Shown here: positions 34,164 to 44,181 of the stretch, in pieces
How positions within the stretch are numbered: position 1 is the stretch's first letter
Layout: each line of letters opens with the position of its first letter
DNA from: an uncultured Chloroflexia bacterium
GTDB taxonomy: Bacteria > Chloroflexota > Anaerolineae > Anaerolineales > UBA4823
Direction of reading: 5' to 3'
Assembly: GCA_963829555.1 (NCBI GenBank)
Contig: CAWHJB010000011.1
Location: 68,857 to 132,856 of the forward strand
Length of the DNA: 64,000 nt
Notes under the pieces: model-generated
Seen by the model: only the letters and a program-made list of their open reading frames with translations
What the model was told of the DNA's origin: nothing
Databases searched by the model: none
Position numbers and translations under genes: made by a program

Positions 34164-34748
34164 ATGAGTAAAGTTATTTTCGATATCAGCATGTCCCTGG
34201 ATGGATTTATCACTGGGGCGAACAGAACTTCCGCACAACCACTGGGAGATGGGGGCGAACACCTTCATGATTGGGCGTTCAACAGCCAGGACGAGTATAA
34301 CCGCAGCCTGATTTCTCAAAGTGTGAGTAGGCTTGGAGCGGTTATTTGTGGGCGGCGAACATATGATGATTCGCTCTCAGGTTGGGGCGCAGATGGGCCG
34401 ACCGGCGCTGCCCGAGTGCCGGTATTCGTCGTCACTCATAAGTCACCTGAAGGATCACCAGAAGCCGGTGTTTATACCTTCGTGACGGACGGAATTGAAA
34501 GCGCACTACAAAATGCGAAAAGGGCGGCCGGCGACAAAAATGTCACCGTGATGGGGGGCGCGGATATCGGCCAGCAGTACATCCTGGCCGGATTGCTAGA
34601 CGAGCTTTCCATTCATCTTGTCCCCATACTCTTCGGGAGCGGAACACCGATGTTTGCAAACCCTGGAGAGGCGAATATCCAGCTCGAATCCGCGGAAACG
34701 ATTGGAACTCCTGAAGCCACTCATCTACGGCTTCGAATTGTCAAATAG
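34164..34748 (+). CDS. RibD C-terminal domain / dihydrofolate-reductase-like protein (paralog 1)
   Basis: Motifs: MSKVIFDISMSLDGFITG..., GRRTYD, MGGADIGQQYI, DELSIHLVPILFGSG. Confidence 0.85.
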   Translation: MSKVIFDISMSLDGFITGANRTSAQPLGDGGEHLHDWAFNSQDEYNRSLISQSVSRLGAVICGRRTYDDSLSGWGADGPTGAARVPVFVVTHKSPEGSPEAGVYTFVTDGIESALQNAKRAAGDKNVTVMGGADIGQQYILAGLLDELSIHLVPILFGSGTPMFANPGEANIQLESAETIGTPEATHLRLRIVK

Positions 34749-34764
34749 GTAGAGGAGTTGCTGG

Positions 34765-35241
34765 ATGGTTCAGCAGGCAGATTTTACAGCCATGGCAAAA
34801 ACGATCATCGACTCAATATTTTACTTGGTGCTTGGAACGGCCGATGAGTTTGGGCAACCCTGGGTTTCGCCCGTCTATTTCACAGCTGCAAAATACAAGG
34901 AGTTCTACTGGATCTCATCTCCGGAGGCGAAGCATTCGCGCAACATTGCGAAGTATTCATACATCAGCATTGTAATTTTCAACTCGCAGTTGCCGGTTGG
35001 CGAAGCGCAGGCTGTTTGCATGGTTGCCGAGGCTGAAGAATTGACTGGCAAAGACCTTGAGCGCGGTCTCCTTGTCTACAGTGGACGGTTCCCGGACCCT
35101 GCCCAGTATGGTGTGCGGGAAACCAGACTGGAAGAAGTGCGCCCACCTGGCCTTTATCGCCTGTACCGTGCCGTTGCGCTGGAGCATTGGGTACTCGATC
35201 CATATACTTCACCGGATCGCAGGGCGCCGGCGACTTTATAG
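34765..35241 (+). CDS. pyridoxamine 5'-phosphate oxidase family protein
   Basis: 158 aa. Split-barrel PNPOx-like N-terminus (YLVLGTADEFGQPWVSPVYF). Confidence 0.7.
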   Translation: MVQQADFTAMAKTIIDSIFYLVLGTADEFGQPWVSPVYFTAAKYKEFYWISSPEAKHSRNIAKYSYISIVIFNSQLPVGEAQAVCMVAEAEELTGKDLERGLLVYSGRFPDPAQYGVRETRLEEVRPPGLYRLYRAVALEHWVLDPYTSPDRRAPATL

Positions 35242-35264
35242 GAGCAAGAAAAGGAGGTGTATCG

Positions 35265-35726
35265 ATGACCTTGCTAACCTGGTTAAGATTTGGTCATATC
35301 CTGGGCGCCATCATTTGGATTGGTGGAGGAGTGATGCTCAGTTTAATCGGTATTCGCACGCGACAAAGCGAAGATCCCAACTACATTCGGGAGTTCTCCC
35401 AGACTCTATCTTATGTCGGCTTGCGTGTGCTTATGCCCGCCGTAATCGCAGTGCTGGTTTTTGGCGTCTGGATGGTTCTGGCATTCTCGGGCTGGCGGTT
35501 TACGCAATTGTGGATTTTGCTGGCGCTCGGAGCGTTCGCACTGGCCTTCGTGATTGGCGCAATGTACCTGAGCCGCATCGCGCTGGCGCTGGATAAACTC
35601 ACCGCTACAGATTTTGATTTGGAGACAGCCCGCGCTCTGTTCAGCCGCTGGATCGTCGGCTACCAGATCGTACTGATCGTTCTCATCTTTGCTGTGTGGG
35701 ACATGGTTTTTAAACCAGGTCTTTAG
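35265..35726 (+). CDS. DUF2269-like integral membrane protein
   Basis: From ORF 35187..35726, with the start at ATG 35265 (MTLLTWLRFGHILGAIIWIGGG). Four predicted TM helices. Confidence 0.6.
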   Translation: MTLLTWLRFGHILGAIIWIGGGVMLSLIGIRTRQSEDPNYIREFSQTLSYVGLRVLMPAVIAVLVFGVWMVLAFSGWRFTQLWILLALGAFALAFVIGAMYLSRIALALDKLTATDFDLETARALFSRWIVGYQIVLIVLIFAVWDMVFKPGL

Positions 35727-35790
35727 AAAGAAAGTGAAATGAATCCGGCCTCGTAGGTTTACAGTTCATTTATTATGAGGATAAATCGAT

Positions 35791-36347
35791 ATGAGAAAAA
35801 TAATTGTAGAAGCTGAAGTATCTGTTGATGGGATCTATGGGTACGGAAAACACGGATTTTTGGGAACAGGTCTTCCCATTCCATACCCCTGATGTTCAGG
35901 AGTATCTCGATGAACTCTTGTTCATGCCAGACGCGCTTTTGATGGGTCAGAAAACATACACGTTCTTCGCCCAGGTCTGGCCAGAAAGGCAAGGAGAACA
36001 GGCGGATAGGATCAACAGTATGCCTAAGTATGTCGCCCTCCCGAACCCTGAAGGAGCCGCTTCAATGGAATGCTACGCTCCTAAAGGGGGATGTCGCTGA
36101 GAAAATCAGGAAGCTCAAACAAGAGCCGGGCAAGAACTTGCTGCAATATGGCGTGGGCGAGCTGACAAGTACGATGCTCAAGCATAACCTCGTGGATGAG
36201 TTTCACCTTCTCGTGTTTCCATTCACCTTCGGAGAAGGGCCGCGCATTTTTGAGGGAATGGAGATCAATACGTTGAAACACTTAAATACCAGGACATTCA
36301 GTTCAGGGGCTGTTGCGCTCGTTTACCAACCTGCAAAAACTGAGTGA
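35791..36347 (+). pseudogene. RibD C-terminal domain / DHFR-like protein (paralog 2), two frame interruptions
   Basis: ATG 35791 gives MRKIIVEAEVSVDG. The family then continues in a second frame (TENTDFWEQVF...LLMGQKTYTFF...NSMPKYVA) and a third (RTLKEPLQWNATLLKGD...). The switches lie near 35833-35845 and 36030-36045. Confidence 0.75.
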
Positions 36348-36447
36348 ATCGATTTTCGGCTTATTCGAATTTAGCAGCTACCCGGCCCTTTTAGGTTTAG
36401 ATCTTTCACATGAGGTCGGGTAGTTACCATTTTATAGGAGTAAATCT

Positions 36448-37095
36448 ATGTCTAAACTTCGTGTCCACGGTTTCTCAATATCCATCGATGGATACGGCGC
36501 CGGACCAAATCGAACTCTCGAAAATCCGCTTGGCGTCGGAGGCGAAGCTCTGCACGAGTGGATCGTCGCAACCCGAACATTTCAACAGATGTCTGGAAAA
36601 GAAAGCGGCACTACAGGCGAGGATGACGGGTTTGTAGCCCGCGGTTTCGAAAACATCGGCGCCTGGATTTTGGGTCGCAACATGTTCGGCCCGGTCCGAG
36701 GCTTCTGGCCGGATGATAGCTGGAAGGGATGGTGGGGCGATACACCTCCTTACCATACCCAGGTGTTCGTGCTAACCCATTATCCCCGTGAGTCTTTTGC
36801 TATGGATGGCGGCACTACCTTCCACTTCGTCACCGACGGCATTCACGCTGCGTTAGCCCACGCTCGCCAGGCAGCCAACGGTAAAGACGTTCGGCTGGGC
36901 GGGGGTGTGGCAACAATCCGCCAATATCTTGAAACCGGGCTCATCGATGAAATCCATATCGCCATCAGTCCGATTCTGTTGGGTTCAGGCGAACACCTAT
37001 TCGCAAACCTCAATGCGGTCGCACTGGGCTATCAATGTACCGAGCAAGTTGCCACTGCCAGTGCGATGCACTACGTTCTGACGAAGCAGTCATAA
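36448..37095 (+). CDS. RibD C-terminal domain / DHFR-like protein (paralog 3)
   Basis: Motifs: MSKLRVHGFSISIDGYGAGP..., LGGGVATIRQYL, DEIHIAISPILLGSG. Confidence 0.85.
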   Translation: MSKLRVHGFSISIDGYGAGPNRTLENPLGVGGEALHEWIVATRTFQQMSGKESGTTGEDDGFVARGFENIGAWILGRNMFGPVRGFWPDDSWKGWWGDTPPYHTQVFVLTHYPRESFAMDGGTTFHFVTDGIHAALAHARQAANGKDVRLGGGVATIRQYLETGLIDEIHIAISPILLGSGEHLFANLNAVALGYQCTEQVATASAMHYVLTKQS

Positions 37096-37174
37096 GGGAA
37101 TGCCGGTAACGCACCCGAAGAAAACTTGATCTTTTGGTATGGAATACTTCATAAATGATCGAAAGGAGAGCAAT

Positions 37175-37762
37175 ATGAAATCTGTATCCGTGCTCTACAT
37201 GTCGATGTCACTGGACGGGTATATCGCCGGTCCGAACGACGAACCGGGCAATCCTGGCGGCGACGGTTTCATGCGGCTGCACGAGTGGTACGGGATCGAA
37301 GGACAACCCCCCAACACGAAGGAGACCGGCTGGGGGGCGTATTTCATCGACGAAGGCAATGCGACGGGCGCAGTGCTTGCCGGCCGGCGTACTGTTGAGC
37401 AGGTCGATCACTGGGGTGGAAATCATCACGGCGTCCCGATTTTCGTGCCAAGTCACCGGCCACCTGGCCCTTCCGTTGCAAAGTATCCGCTGGTGACATA
37501 CGTGACCGATGGGATCGTCAGCGCGATGGCACAGGCCAGGGCCGCCGCAAAAGACAAGAACGTCATGGTGCACGGCGCATATACGGCCCAACGCGCCCTG
37601 GAGGCCGGCGTGCTGGATGAGTTGCAGATCCATCAGTTCCCGGTGCTGTTTGGTGGTGGCCGGCAGCTGTTCGAGGGGCTGAAAAAACACATCGAGTTGG
37701 AGATCGTCCGGGTGATCGACACCCCGGAAGCCACCCACATCCGCTACCGTGTCCGCCGCTGA
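37175..37762 (+). CDS. RibD C-terminal domain / DHFR-like protein (paralog 4)
   Basis: From ORF 37139..37762, with the start at ATG 37175 behind the SD AGGAGAG. Motifs: MKSVSVLYMSMSLDGYIAGP..., GRRTVE, DELQIHQFPVLFGGG. Confidence 0.85.
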   Translation: MKSVSVLYMSMSLDGYIAGPNDEPGNPGGDGFMRLHEWYGIEGQPPNTKETGWGAYFIDEGNATGAVLAGRRTVEQVDHWGGNHHGVPIFVPSHRPPGPSVAKYPLVTYVTDGIVSAMAQARAAAKDKNVMVHGAYTAQRALEAGVLDELQIHQFPVLFGGGRQLFEGLKKHIELEIVRVIDTPEATHIRYRVRR

Positions 37763-37860
37763 CCCGGTCGACCAGCAGTTTGTTGATGCACCCATTTGAT
37801 TTTGTCGACGGCGACATTGTCAAAATAATCAACCGGGCTAAACAATCAACCACAGCGTAT

Positions 37861-40800
37861 TTATCGAACGGCAATCCGGTTGCGCCCGGCGTGTTTGGCA
37901 TCATAGAGCGCCTGATCGGCCAGATCGATCAGGGCAGCCAGGTCCGGTGTGCCTGAATGATTGCTGGCAATCCCCAGGCTGATCGAAATATTGAATAAAA
38001 AGCCTCTTGCCGTGAATGGTGTGTGGCTGATTTCCTTGCGAATCCGCTCGGCAATTGCAATCGCCTCCACGGCATTTGTTTCTGGCACCAGGATTGTAAA
38101 TTCTTCGCCCCCATATCGGGCCAGGATGTCGATATCGCGGGTGATGGCTTGCATTCGTTGGGCCAATTCAATCAGCACTTCATCGCCGGTAGCGTGGCCG
38201 AAATTGTCATTCACCCGTTTGAAATGATCGATGTCAATCATGATGGCAGTGATTGGACGTTTAAACCGCAGTGCTCGAAAAAATTCGCGCTGGCCCAACT
38301 CAAACAGGTGCCGGCGATTAAATATCCCCGTCAACGGGTCGGTGATGGCCAATTGTTGAACGGTTTGGAACAGGTACGTATTGGACAACGCAATGGCTGC
38401 ATAAGATGCCAGCATTTCTATTAAATACTGGTCTTCGGATGAATAGGCAAAAGGCGAATAGCTTTGGGTGGATAATACCCCCATAACCTGATTGCCCAGG
38501 CGCATTGGCACAGCCAGAACCGAGCGAACGGTGTCTTTTGAACCAAAATGAATTCCCTGGACCGGCGTGGCTGGGTTCTCAAGGTCCGGGATATTCAAAG
38601 ATCGTCCGGTTTGAAGAACATAACCGCTCAGGCCCTGCTCGATTGGTACCCGGCGGGAAGGAGTTCTCCCGCCTCGATCAACCAGGTAGACGGCCTCGAT
38701 TTCATTCTTTTCGTAATCGACCAGAGAAATCACAAATGATTCACAAACCGTCAGCTGGCTGGCAGCTTTGTGGATCGCGAAATAAATATTCTCCGGCTCG
38801 AGATTCGCGGTGACAATTTCCTGGCTGATCGAATGTAAGATAGCGCGTCTTTCAGCAGCTTCTCTAGCCGATTGGTACAAACGGGCATTCTCTACGGCGA
38901 TGGCTGCTTGTTGAGCGAAAAGGTTCAACAACTTCTGATCGTCCTGGGTAAATTTCCGCTTTTGGTGGAGATCGACGATACCAATACATCCCACCAGGCG
39001 ACCACCAATCAATAAAGGCGTCGCCAGGGCGGCCTGCCAGGGTTCATCTGGAAGATTCGGTATGCGACCCAGCCAATTCGGATAATTATTCAGTAAAAGC
39101 GGCTGCAGGGAGGCGGCTACCTTTCCAAGGATGCCCTCCCCAATATCCAAACGATTGCCGGATCGATCGATGCCCATGTTGTGGCTGGCGACAATGACAA
39201 GATCGTTCTGATTTTCCTGATACAAGGCCAAATCGCCCCCGCTGGCATTCAACAAGCCGATTGCCCGGATCAGAATCGCCCGCAGTAATTTCGATAGCTC
39301 CAGTTCGGAAGAAATATCCGTCATCGTCGCTCGCAGTGCATCCAATTGGCGGACCCGGCCCTGTTCAGCCATGTACATACGTGCGTTTTCAATTGCAATA
39401 GCTACCTGGTCGGCGAACAGGGACACCAGATGGGAGTCTTCTTCGTTGTAAAAATTCTCTTTATGGTGGTCGAGTACCAGCACGCCAATCAAATGCTCGT
39501 GGACAATCAGCGGAACCCCCAGCCAGGAGCGAATAGGTTGGTGTTGGGCAGTTTGCATACCTGGAAATTTGATGCTGGCGCTGCCGGTAAAATAGGGCTG
39601 GCGAGTTTCGATAACAAGCGTGTTGGGGTTGTCACCCGGGATCGGGAAGCGCATCCCAATAACCGCGTCTTGATCCAACCATCCGCGCCCGCCTACGATG
39701 ACGAGTTCATGGTCTTCGTAAATTTGCACCGAAGCGCTGTCATAAGGGATCACTTTTTCGAGCTGAACCAGGATGCGTTCAATCGCTTCTTCCTGGTCGA
39801 GCGTGCTGACAATCGCAGAGGTTGTCTCGCGCAGGGTCTCTGCCTGTTCGCGCTGTTTCCTTTCAAAGTCGAGTAAGCGATTGTTTTCAATCACTATTGC
39901 GGCCTGATTTGCAATGGCTACTAACAGCTCCTGATCCTGAAGTGTAAATTGGTTTTGATCGGATCGCTTAATGGCGGTGATGGTCCCAAGTTTTTTCGTC
40001 TGAAAAAGCAAAGGGGCTACCAATATGGAACCGGATTGGGTCTTGATTCTCCTTTGCCGAACACTGGCTGATTCCCTCGCATCCGGTTGGCAACCATCGG
40101 AAATGGCCGGCCGAGCTTCCCGCAGACACCAGCCGGTCAACCCATTCATCAACTCCTGGTAAGAAACGACTTCAATGTGAGATTTTCCCTCGCCGCCCAC
40201 AAATTGCTTGAGAATGGTTTCTCGTTTCGTGTCTAAAAGTATCAGGCTTACCCGGTCGCTGTTCAGCACCTGAGCCACTTTCGCCAAAATAGATTGCAGG
40301 GCGGTATCCAAAGTGCCAATGCTGATCAATGTGCGGCTGATGTCATACAAAGTTTCAGTGATGGCCAGTCGCTCGGTTATTTTTTGTTTGGCTGCTTTCT
40401 CTTCGCTGATATCTCTAACATGAACGACCAGCCGGGGTTCCCCTGAAATATTCATCAGCCGGCTGCGTACCTTGGAGGGGAAGACGCTCCCATCCTTGCG
40501 TCTTCCCAGGCTTTCCTTGACAATTTCTTGATCTTCCAGGATGGTTTTGAACTCGTACATAAGCGCTTCATGCTGCTCATCCGGAACCAGTTCGGTAACA
40601 TTAATGGCCTGGAATTCACTCAATGTATAATCGTAGGTTTCACAAGCAGCGGCATTGCAATCCAGGATGTTTCCTGCCAAATCCTCAATAAAAATACATT
40701 CGTTGGTCGATTCAAATAAGGTTCGGTATTTAAGTTCACTTTCCTCGACTGCTTTTTGGGTATTGATATATGCGCTGATCTGGTGATTGATGATGATTTC

Positions 40801-41787
40801 GCCAATTTCCTTATCAGACGAATCCGTTAACTGCCTGACCAGCATCTCATAATAGTTGTGATTGTGTTCATGCTGCCAGATGACTTCATGATGGGTGTTT
40901 TTAGCCACTTGAAACCCATTGTAAAAACTCTGGAGAGCTTGAACTGCATGTTCCAATAATTGTCCGGCATAAAGTTTGCCCTCATCATCGATCATTTGAT
41001 TGGCGGCTGGATTAAAACTGATGATCTGTTCATCCATATCCAGAATGATGATCGCTGCACTGAGGTTGTTGATAATCGTATGATAAGAAATGGGTAAATT
41101 TTTGAAAGCTGATTTGCGGAACAATATCCAGGCGATCACGCATCCAGATACAGCAAAGATTGCCGGCGTAGGATCGATTTGGAACGGGCGGAAGATGCTG
41201 GTGATAAACAGCAAGTTGGCGACCATTGGCAGACTAATGGCTGACACCAATGCCAGGATTGGAAATTGGTAATACTTCGGGCTGGAAAACGAGAATTTTA
41301 TTAGAATGAGATTTGCAGCCAGCAATAAGCCGTAAGAATACAAGGCATGTACCCAGAATAGCGGCTTGAATATGGTCAGCCAGTTGGCATGCAGGATTCC
41401 TGGGCTGATATCGACATTGACCCAAAGGAGATGGTGTTGCGCATTGGTCCATGCCAGGATGACTGTTGCCAGCGGAATGATCGCAAGCACAGCCAGTTTC
41501 TTAAAGCTGATCCACTCAGACTGACCTGTGTAAATTAAAGCAATCAGGAACCAGTTGGTTGGGATCAAAACAATCCCGATGTACTCAAACTGAATTGCAA
41601 AAAGCTTCAGGTTTGCCTGGGTAGCGCTGATCTCGATCAGGTTGCCCAATGACCAGATTGCGGCGCCAAGCATAAAGAAAATAAAGGGCTTTGCCGCTGG
41701 TCTGTGGGAATTGCGAGCGCCCAGGATTGCCAGGGTTAAAGCAATCCCACAGGTAATGGTCAAAGAGATAATCATCGGATCAGACAT
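37861..41787 (-). CDS. multidomain diguanylate cyclase (N-terminal 7-TM sensor, PAS, several GAF domains, GGDEF)
   Basis: 1308 aa. About 230 aa of TM helices, then PAS regions and at least four GAF-like blocks. C-terminal GGDEF domain (RYGGEEFTIL) with an RxxD-like I-site context. Confidence 0.9.
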   Translation of the reverse strand: MSDPMIISLTITCGIALTLAILGARNSHRPAAKPFIFFMLGAAIWSLGNLIEISATQANLKLFAIQFEYIGIVLIPTNWFLIALIYTGQSEWISFKKLAVLAIIPLATVILAWTNAQHHLLWVNVDISPGILHANWLTIFKPLFWVHALYSYGLLLAANLILIKFSFSSPKYYQFPILALVSAISLPMVANLLFITSIFRPFQIDPTPAIFAVSGCVIAWILFRKSAFKNLPISYHTIINNLSAAIIILDMDEQIISFNPAANQMIDDEGKLYAGQLLEHAVQALQSFYNGFQVAKNTHHEVIWQHEHNHNYYEMLVRQLTDSSDKEIGEIIINHQISAYINTQKAVEESELKYRTLFESTNECIFIEDLAGNILDCNAAACETYDYTLSEFQAINVTELVPDEQHEALMYEFKTILEDQEIVKESLGRRKDGSVFPSKVRSRLMNISGEPRLVVHVRDISEEKAAKQKITERLAITETLYDISRTLISIGTLDTALQSILAKVAQVLNSDRVSLILLDTKRETILKQFVGGEGKSHIEVVSYQELMNGLTGWCLREARPAISDGCQPDARESASVRQRRIKTQSGSILVAPLLFQTKKLGTITAIKRSDQNQFTLQDQELLVAIANQAAIVIENNRLLDFERKQREQAETLRETTSAIVSTLDQEEAIERILVQLEKVIPYDSASVQIYEDHELVIVGGRGWLDQDAVIGMRFPIPGDNPNTLVIETRQPYFTGSASIKFPGMQTAQHQPIRSWLGVPLIVHEHLIGVLVLDHHKENFYNEEDSHLVSLFADQVAIAIENARMYMAEQGRVRQLDALRATMTDISSELELSKLLRAILIRAIGLLNASGGDLALYQENQNDLVIVASHNMGIDRSGNRLDIGEGILGKVAASLQPLLLNNYPNWLGRIPNLPDEPWQAALATPLLIGGRLVGCIGIVDLHQKRKFTQDDQKLLNLFAQQAAIAVENARLYQSAREAAERRAILHSISQEIVTANLEPENIYFAIHKAASQLTVCESFVISLVDYEKNEIEAVYLVDRGGRTPSRRVPIEQGLSGYVLQTGRSLNIPDLENPATPVQGIHFGSKDTVRSVLAVPMRLGNQVMGVLSTQSYSPFAYSSEDQYLIEMLASYAAIALSNTYLFQTVQQLAITDPLTGIFNRRHLFELGQREFFRALRFKRPITAIMIDIDHFKRVNDNFGHATGDEVLIELAQRMQAITRDIDILARYGGEEFTILVPETNAVEAIAIAERIRKEISHTPFTARGFLFNISISLGIASNHSGTPDLAALIDLADQALYDAKHAGRNRIAVR

Positions 41788-41894
41788 GCCAACCAGGCGC
41801 GTGTCCTCAACTCATTTAAGGTGAGGAATCAGAATAATTATCAATTCTAACCAGTTTACAGAGGGGGAAACCTACCAAATATGCAAAATGTTCT

Positions 41895-43322
41895 TTAAGC
41901 TGCGACCGTGCGGTCTCTTCCGTCGGATTTTGCCCGGTATAAAGCCTGGTCGGCCAGTTCCAACAGGCTTTTCAAATCCCCCATATCATCGGTGATACCG
42001 GCGATGCCCAGGCTGATGCTCACCGCGATGCGGGCTATCGGTGTTTTGAGCGCGGTTGTCTTTATCCTTTCACGCAGCCGATCCGCGACAATCTGGCCTC
42101 CCGACATGTCAATTTCCGGCAGGAGCACAACGAATTCATCCCCGCCATAACGCCCGATGATATCTACCTTGCGGACGCTGTTCGTCAGGGCAACTGCAAC
42201 CAATTTGAGAACATCATCGCCGACCGAATGCCCAAAGTTATCGTTAACTTGTTTGAAGAAATCGATATCGCCCATGATCGCGGTCAAGGGTCTCCCAAAT
42301 CGGTGAGCACGCTCAATTTCCCGTTCGCCCAGTTCGAACAATCCTCGGCGATTATATAAGCCGGTCAGTGCATCGGTAATCGCCAGTTTTTGAACTTCCG
42401 TGTGCAATTGCGCATTGTGGATCGCGGCCGTCACGGTGGCTGCAAAGCTGACCAGCAAACTCAAATCTGACTGGCTGAAAGCCGATTCGGTATTCGCCTC
42501 GAGGGATACTGCCCCTAATACATCCCCTTCCAGGATTAAAGGCGCAACGATTGCGGATTGCGACAATTCCAGTTCATCAGCTTTTTCCTGAACATCATTG
42601 GGCAGGTTTCCGTTTTCTATTTTGGGAATCAGTAAAGGTTTCCGGGTCCGCACGGATTGGGCCACAAAGCCGCGGCTGGTCTGGGTGGACAGCCTTTGAA
42701 TCCTGGGATTATGCTCTCCATATCCAAGCGTGGCGCGCATTTCCAGTTTGCCGGTATCCTTGGCAATGATGTGCAGGGTACCCTTATGGGCTGCCGGGAT
42801 GGCATTCGTCGCTGCATCCAGGATTTGATTCAAGAGATCTTCGAGGTTAAGCGTCGTCAGTAAAGCCCGTGTGGCTGTGTACAGCCCCTCGATCTTGCGG
42901 TTGACATATTTTTGGGCGATATCTTGAACTTGCTGTTCATTAAAGGGAACACCGACCGCCATCACTTCCTGCAAATTCCCATCCTCAGAAAATTTACCAG
43001 ATAATTTCCAATGCAGGATGTCGTGATGGCTTTCAGAGAATTTATCCGTTCGGTTAACTTCGAGCTGGGGGTGATCTTCGACCAGAGCGGTAAAATGGGT
43101 TTGAATTTCGGTGTGCTGTTCCTTTGGAAGCGCCTTAAAGACATTCAAACCAATAATTTTCTCAGCCGGGATGGCATAATATTCCTCAAATGCCGGATTT
43201 ACGTAAAGAACGGTCCCATCTGGCTTTAGCTGGCAGATGAGTTGGGTCTGATCTTCGACGATCGCACGGAACTGCGCGTCGTCATCGTGCTTTCGTCTGT
43301 CATTATGGAAAGATCGCAGCAT
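41895..43322 (-). CDS. PAS-GAF-GGDEF diguanylate cyclase
   Basis: 475 aa. C-terminal GGDEF domain (RYGGDEFVVLL) preceded by LTGLYNRRG. Confidence 0.9.
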   Translation of the reverse strand: MLRSFHNDRRKHDDDAQFRAIVEDQTQLICQLKPDGTVLYVNPAFEEYYAIPAEKIIGLNVFKALPKEQHTEIQTHFTALVEDHPQLEVNRTDKFSESHHDILHWKLSGKFSEDGNLQEVMAVGVPFNEQQVQDIAQKYVNRKIEGLYTATRALLTTLNLEDLLNQILDAATNAIPAAHKGTLHIIAKDTGKLEMRATLGYGEHNPRIQRLSTQTSRGFVAQSVRTRKPLLIPKIENGNLPNDVQEKADELELSQSAIVAPLILEGDVLGAVSLEANTESAFSQSDLSLLVSFAATVTAAIHNAQLHTEVQKLAITDALTGLYNRRGLFELGEREIERAHRFGRPLTAIMGDIDFFKQVNDNFGHSVGDDVLKLVAVALTNSVRKVDIIGRYGGDEFVVLLPEIDMSGGQIVADRLRERIKTTALKTPIARIAVSISLGIAGITDDMGDLKSLLELADQALYRAKSDGRDRTVAA

Positions 43323-43418
43323 TATATCCTGGGCCCCGGATGATTTGATTATTCCAAAGTGACCTGATTATAATCTATCATCGTATCTACTTCGACAATA
43401 TCACATTAAAAAAAGATA

Positions 43419-43473
43419 CCCAAATTTTGATGTGTGTGGCGGGAGTTGCCCGCCACACACATCAAAATTTGGG
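43419..43473. repeat. palindromic element, family C copy 1
   Basis: CCCAAATTTTGATGTGTGTGGCGGG-AGTTG-CCCGCCACACACATCAAAATTTGGG. Confidence 0.95.
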
Positions 43474-43500
43474 CTAATCGTAATAGTTGGCTGGTTGAAG

Positions 43501-44052
43501 TCAGGCTACCACGCGGTGGGCAAACGCGACCACATCCCGTTTCGCCAGCGCCATCGGTACCCGGATGACTCCCATCGCAGGGATTGCTGGCTGGCTGATC
43601 GCGACTTCGTAGATCATGGTGTAGCGTTCGGAAGTAACATCCAGGTAGCGTTCAAGGTTGGTCTGGTTGGACATTCGCAGGGTACCATCAAACCGGAAAC
43701 TGCCGACCAGCGCGGTGATTGGTTCCATTTTTCGGTTGGGCTCATCAGGATCATAATCCAGGGGTTCGCGATCCGGGGGTTTGATGTGAAACGCGAACAC
43801 CTGCGGCGTGGGAATGTGCAATTCGGCATAACTGTATGGCTTGATCGGCCCTGCGCCACCAAGGGTGATCACCTGGGCCTGCCGCAGGGTGATATATTGG
43901 GGGGCCATGGCGGTACGCAGCCAGACACTGACTTTGATCGCCTCCCTGGTGTACAGGTCTCCCCAAACCATCGTATTGAGTGTATAGATCATCACGGGGG
44001 TTAGCTTTTCCCCGGCGGCTGGTCCAGTAGAAGTGCTGGGGATTTGATCCAT
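43501..44052 (-). CDS. hypothetical protein (183 aa) behind a sigma-54-type promoter
   Basis: From ORF 43501..44253. Start set at ATG 44050-44052 (MDQIPST...), which has the SD AAAGGAG 8 nt upstream. The longer ORF would include the promoter motif (44166-44181) and a repeat element. No family recognised. Confidence 0.6.
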   Translation of the reverse strand: MDQIPSTSTGPAAGEKLTPVMIYTLNTMVWGDLYTREAIKVSVWLRTAMAPQYITLRQAQVITLGGAGPIKPYSYAELHIPTPQVFAFHIKPPDREPLDYDPDEPNRKMEPITALVGSFRFDGTLRMSNQTNLERYLDVTSERYTMIYEVAISQPAIPAMGVIRVPMALAKRDVVAFAHRVVA

Positions 44053-44165
44053 GTCCACGGCTCCTTTCGCAAGCGGGTGCAAGGTTTCAACTGAGAAGCT
44101 CAACTTGACGGAGGTCCAGGCGCCTGCCGGGTTGAGCTGAGTCTCTTCAATCTTGGTGTTTACAT

Positions 44166-44181
44166 TGCAACCGTCGTGCCA
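44166..44181 (-). promoter_or_regulatory. sigma-54 -24/-12 promoter candidate upstream of hypothetical gene 43501..44052
   Basis: The minus strand reads CC-TGGCAC-GACGG-TTGCA-AT (exact consensus). It lies 114 nt upstream of ATG 44052. Confidence 0.7.

Noticed and set aside
33962-34213. Minus-strand ORF of 83 aa overlapping the start of the first DHFR-like gene.
   Set aside because: It has no SD, sits in AT-rich leader DNA, overlaps a well-supported start codon, and its peptide has no recognisable features.
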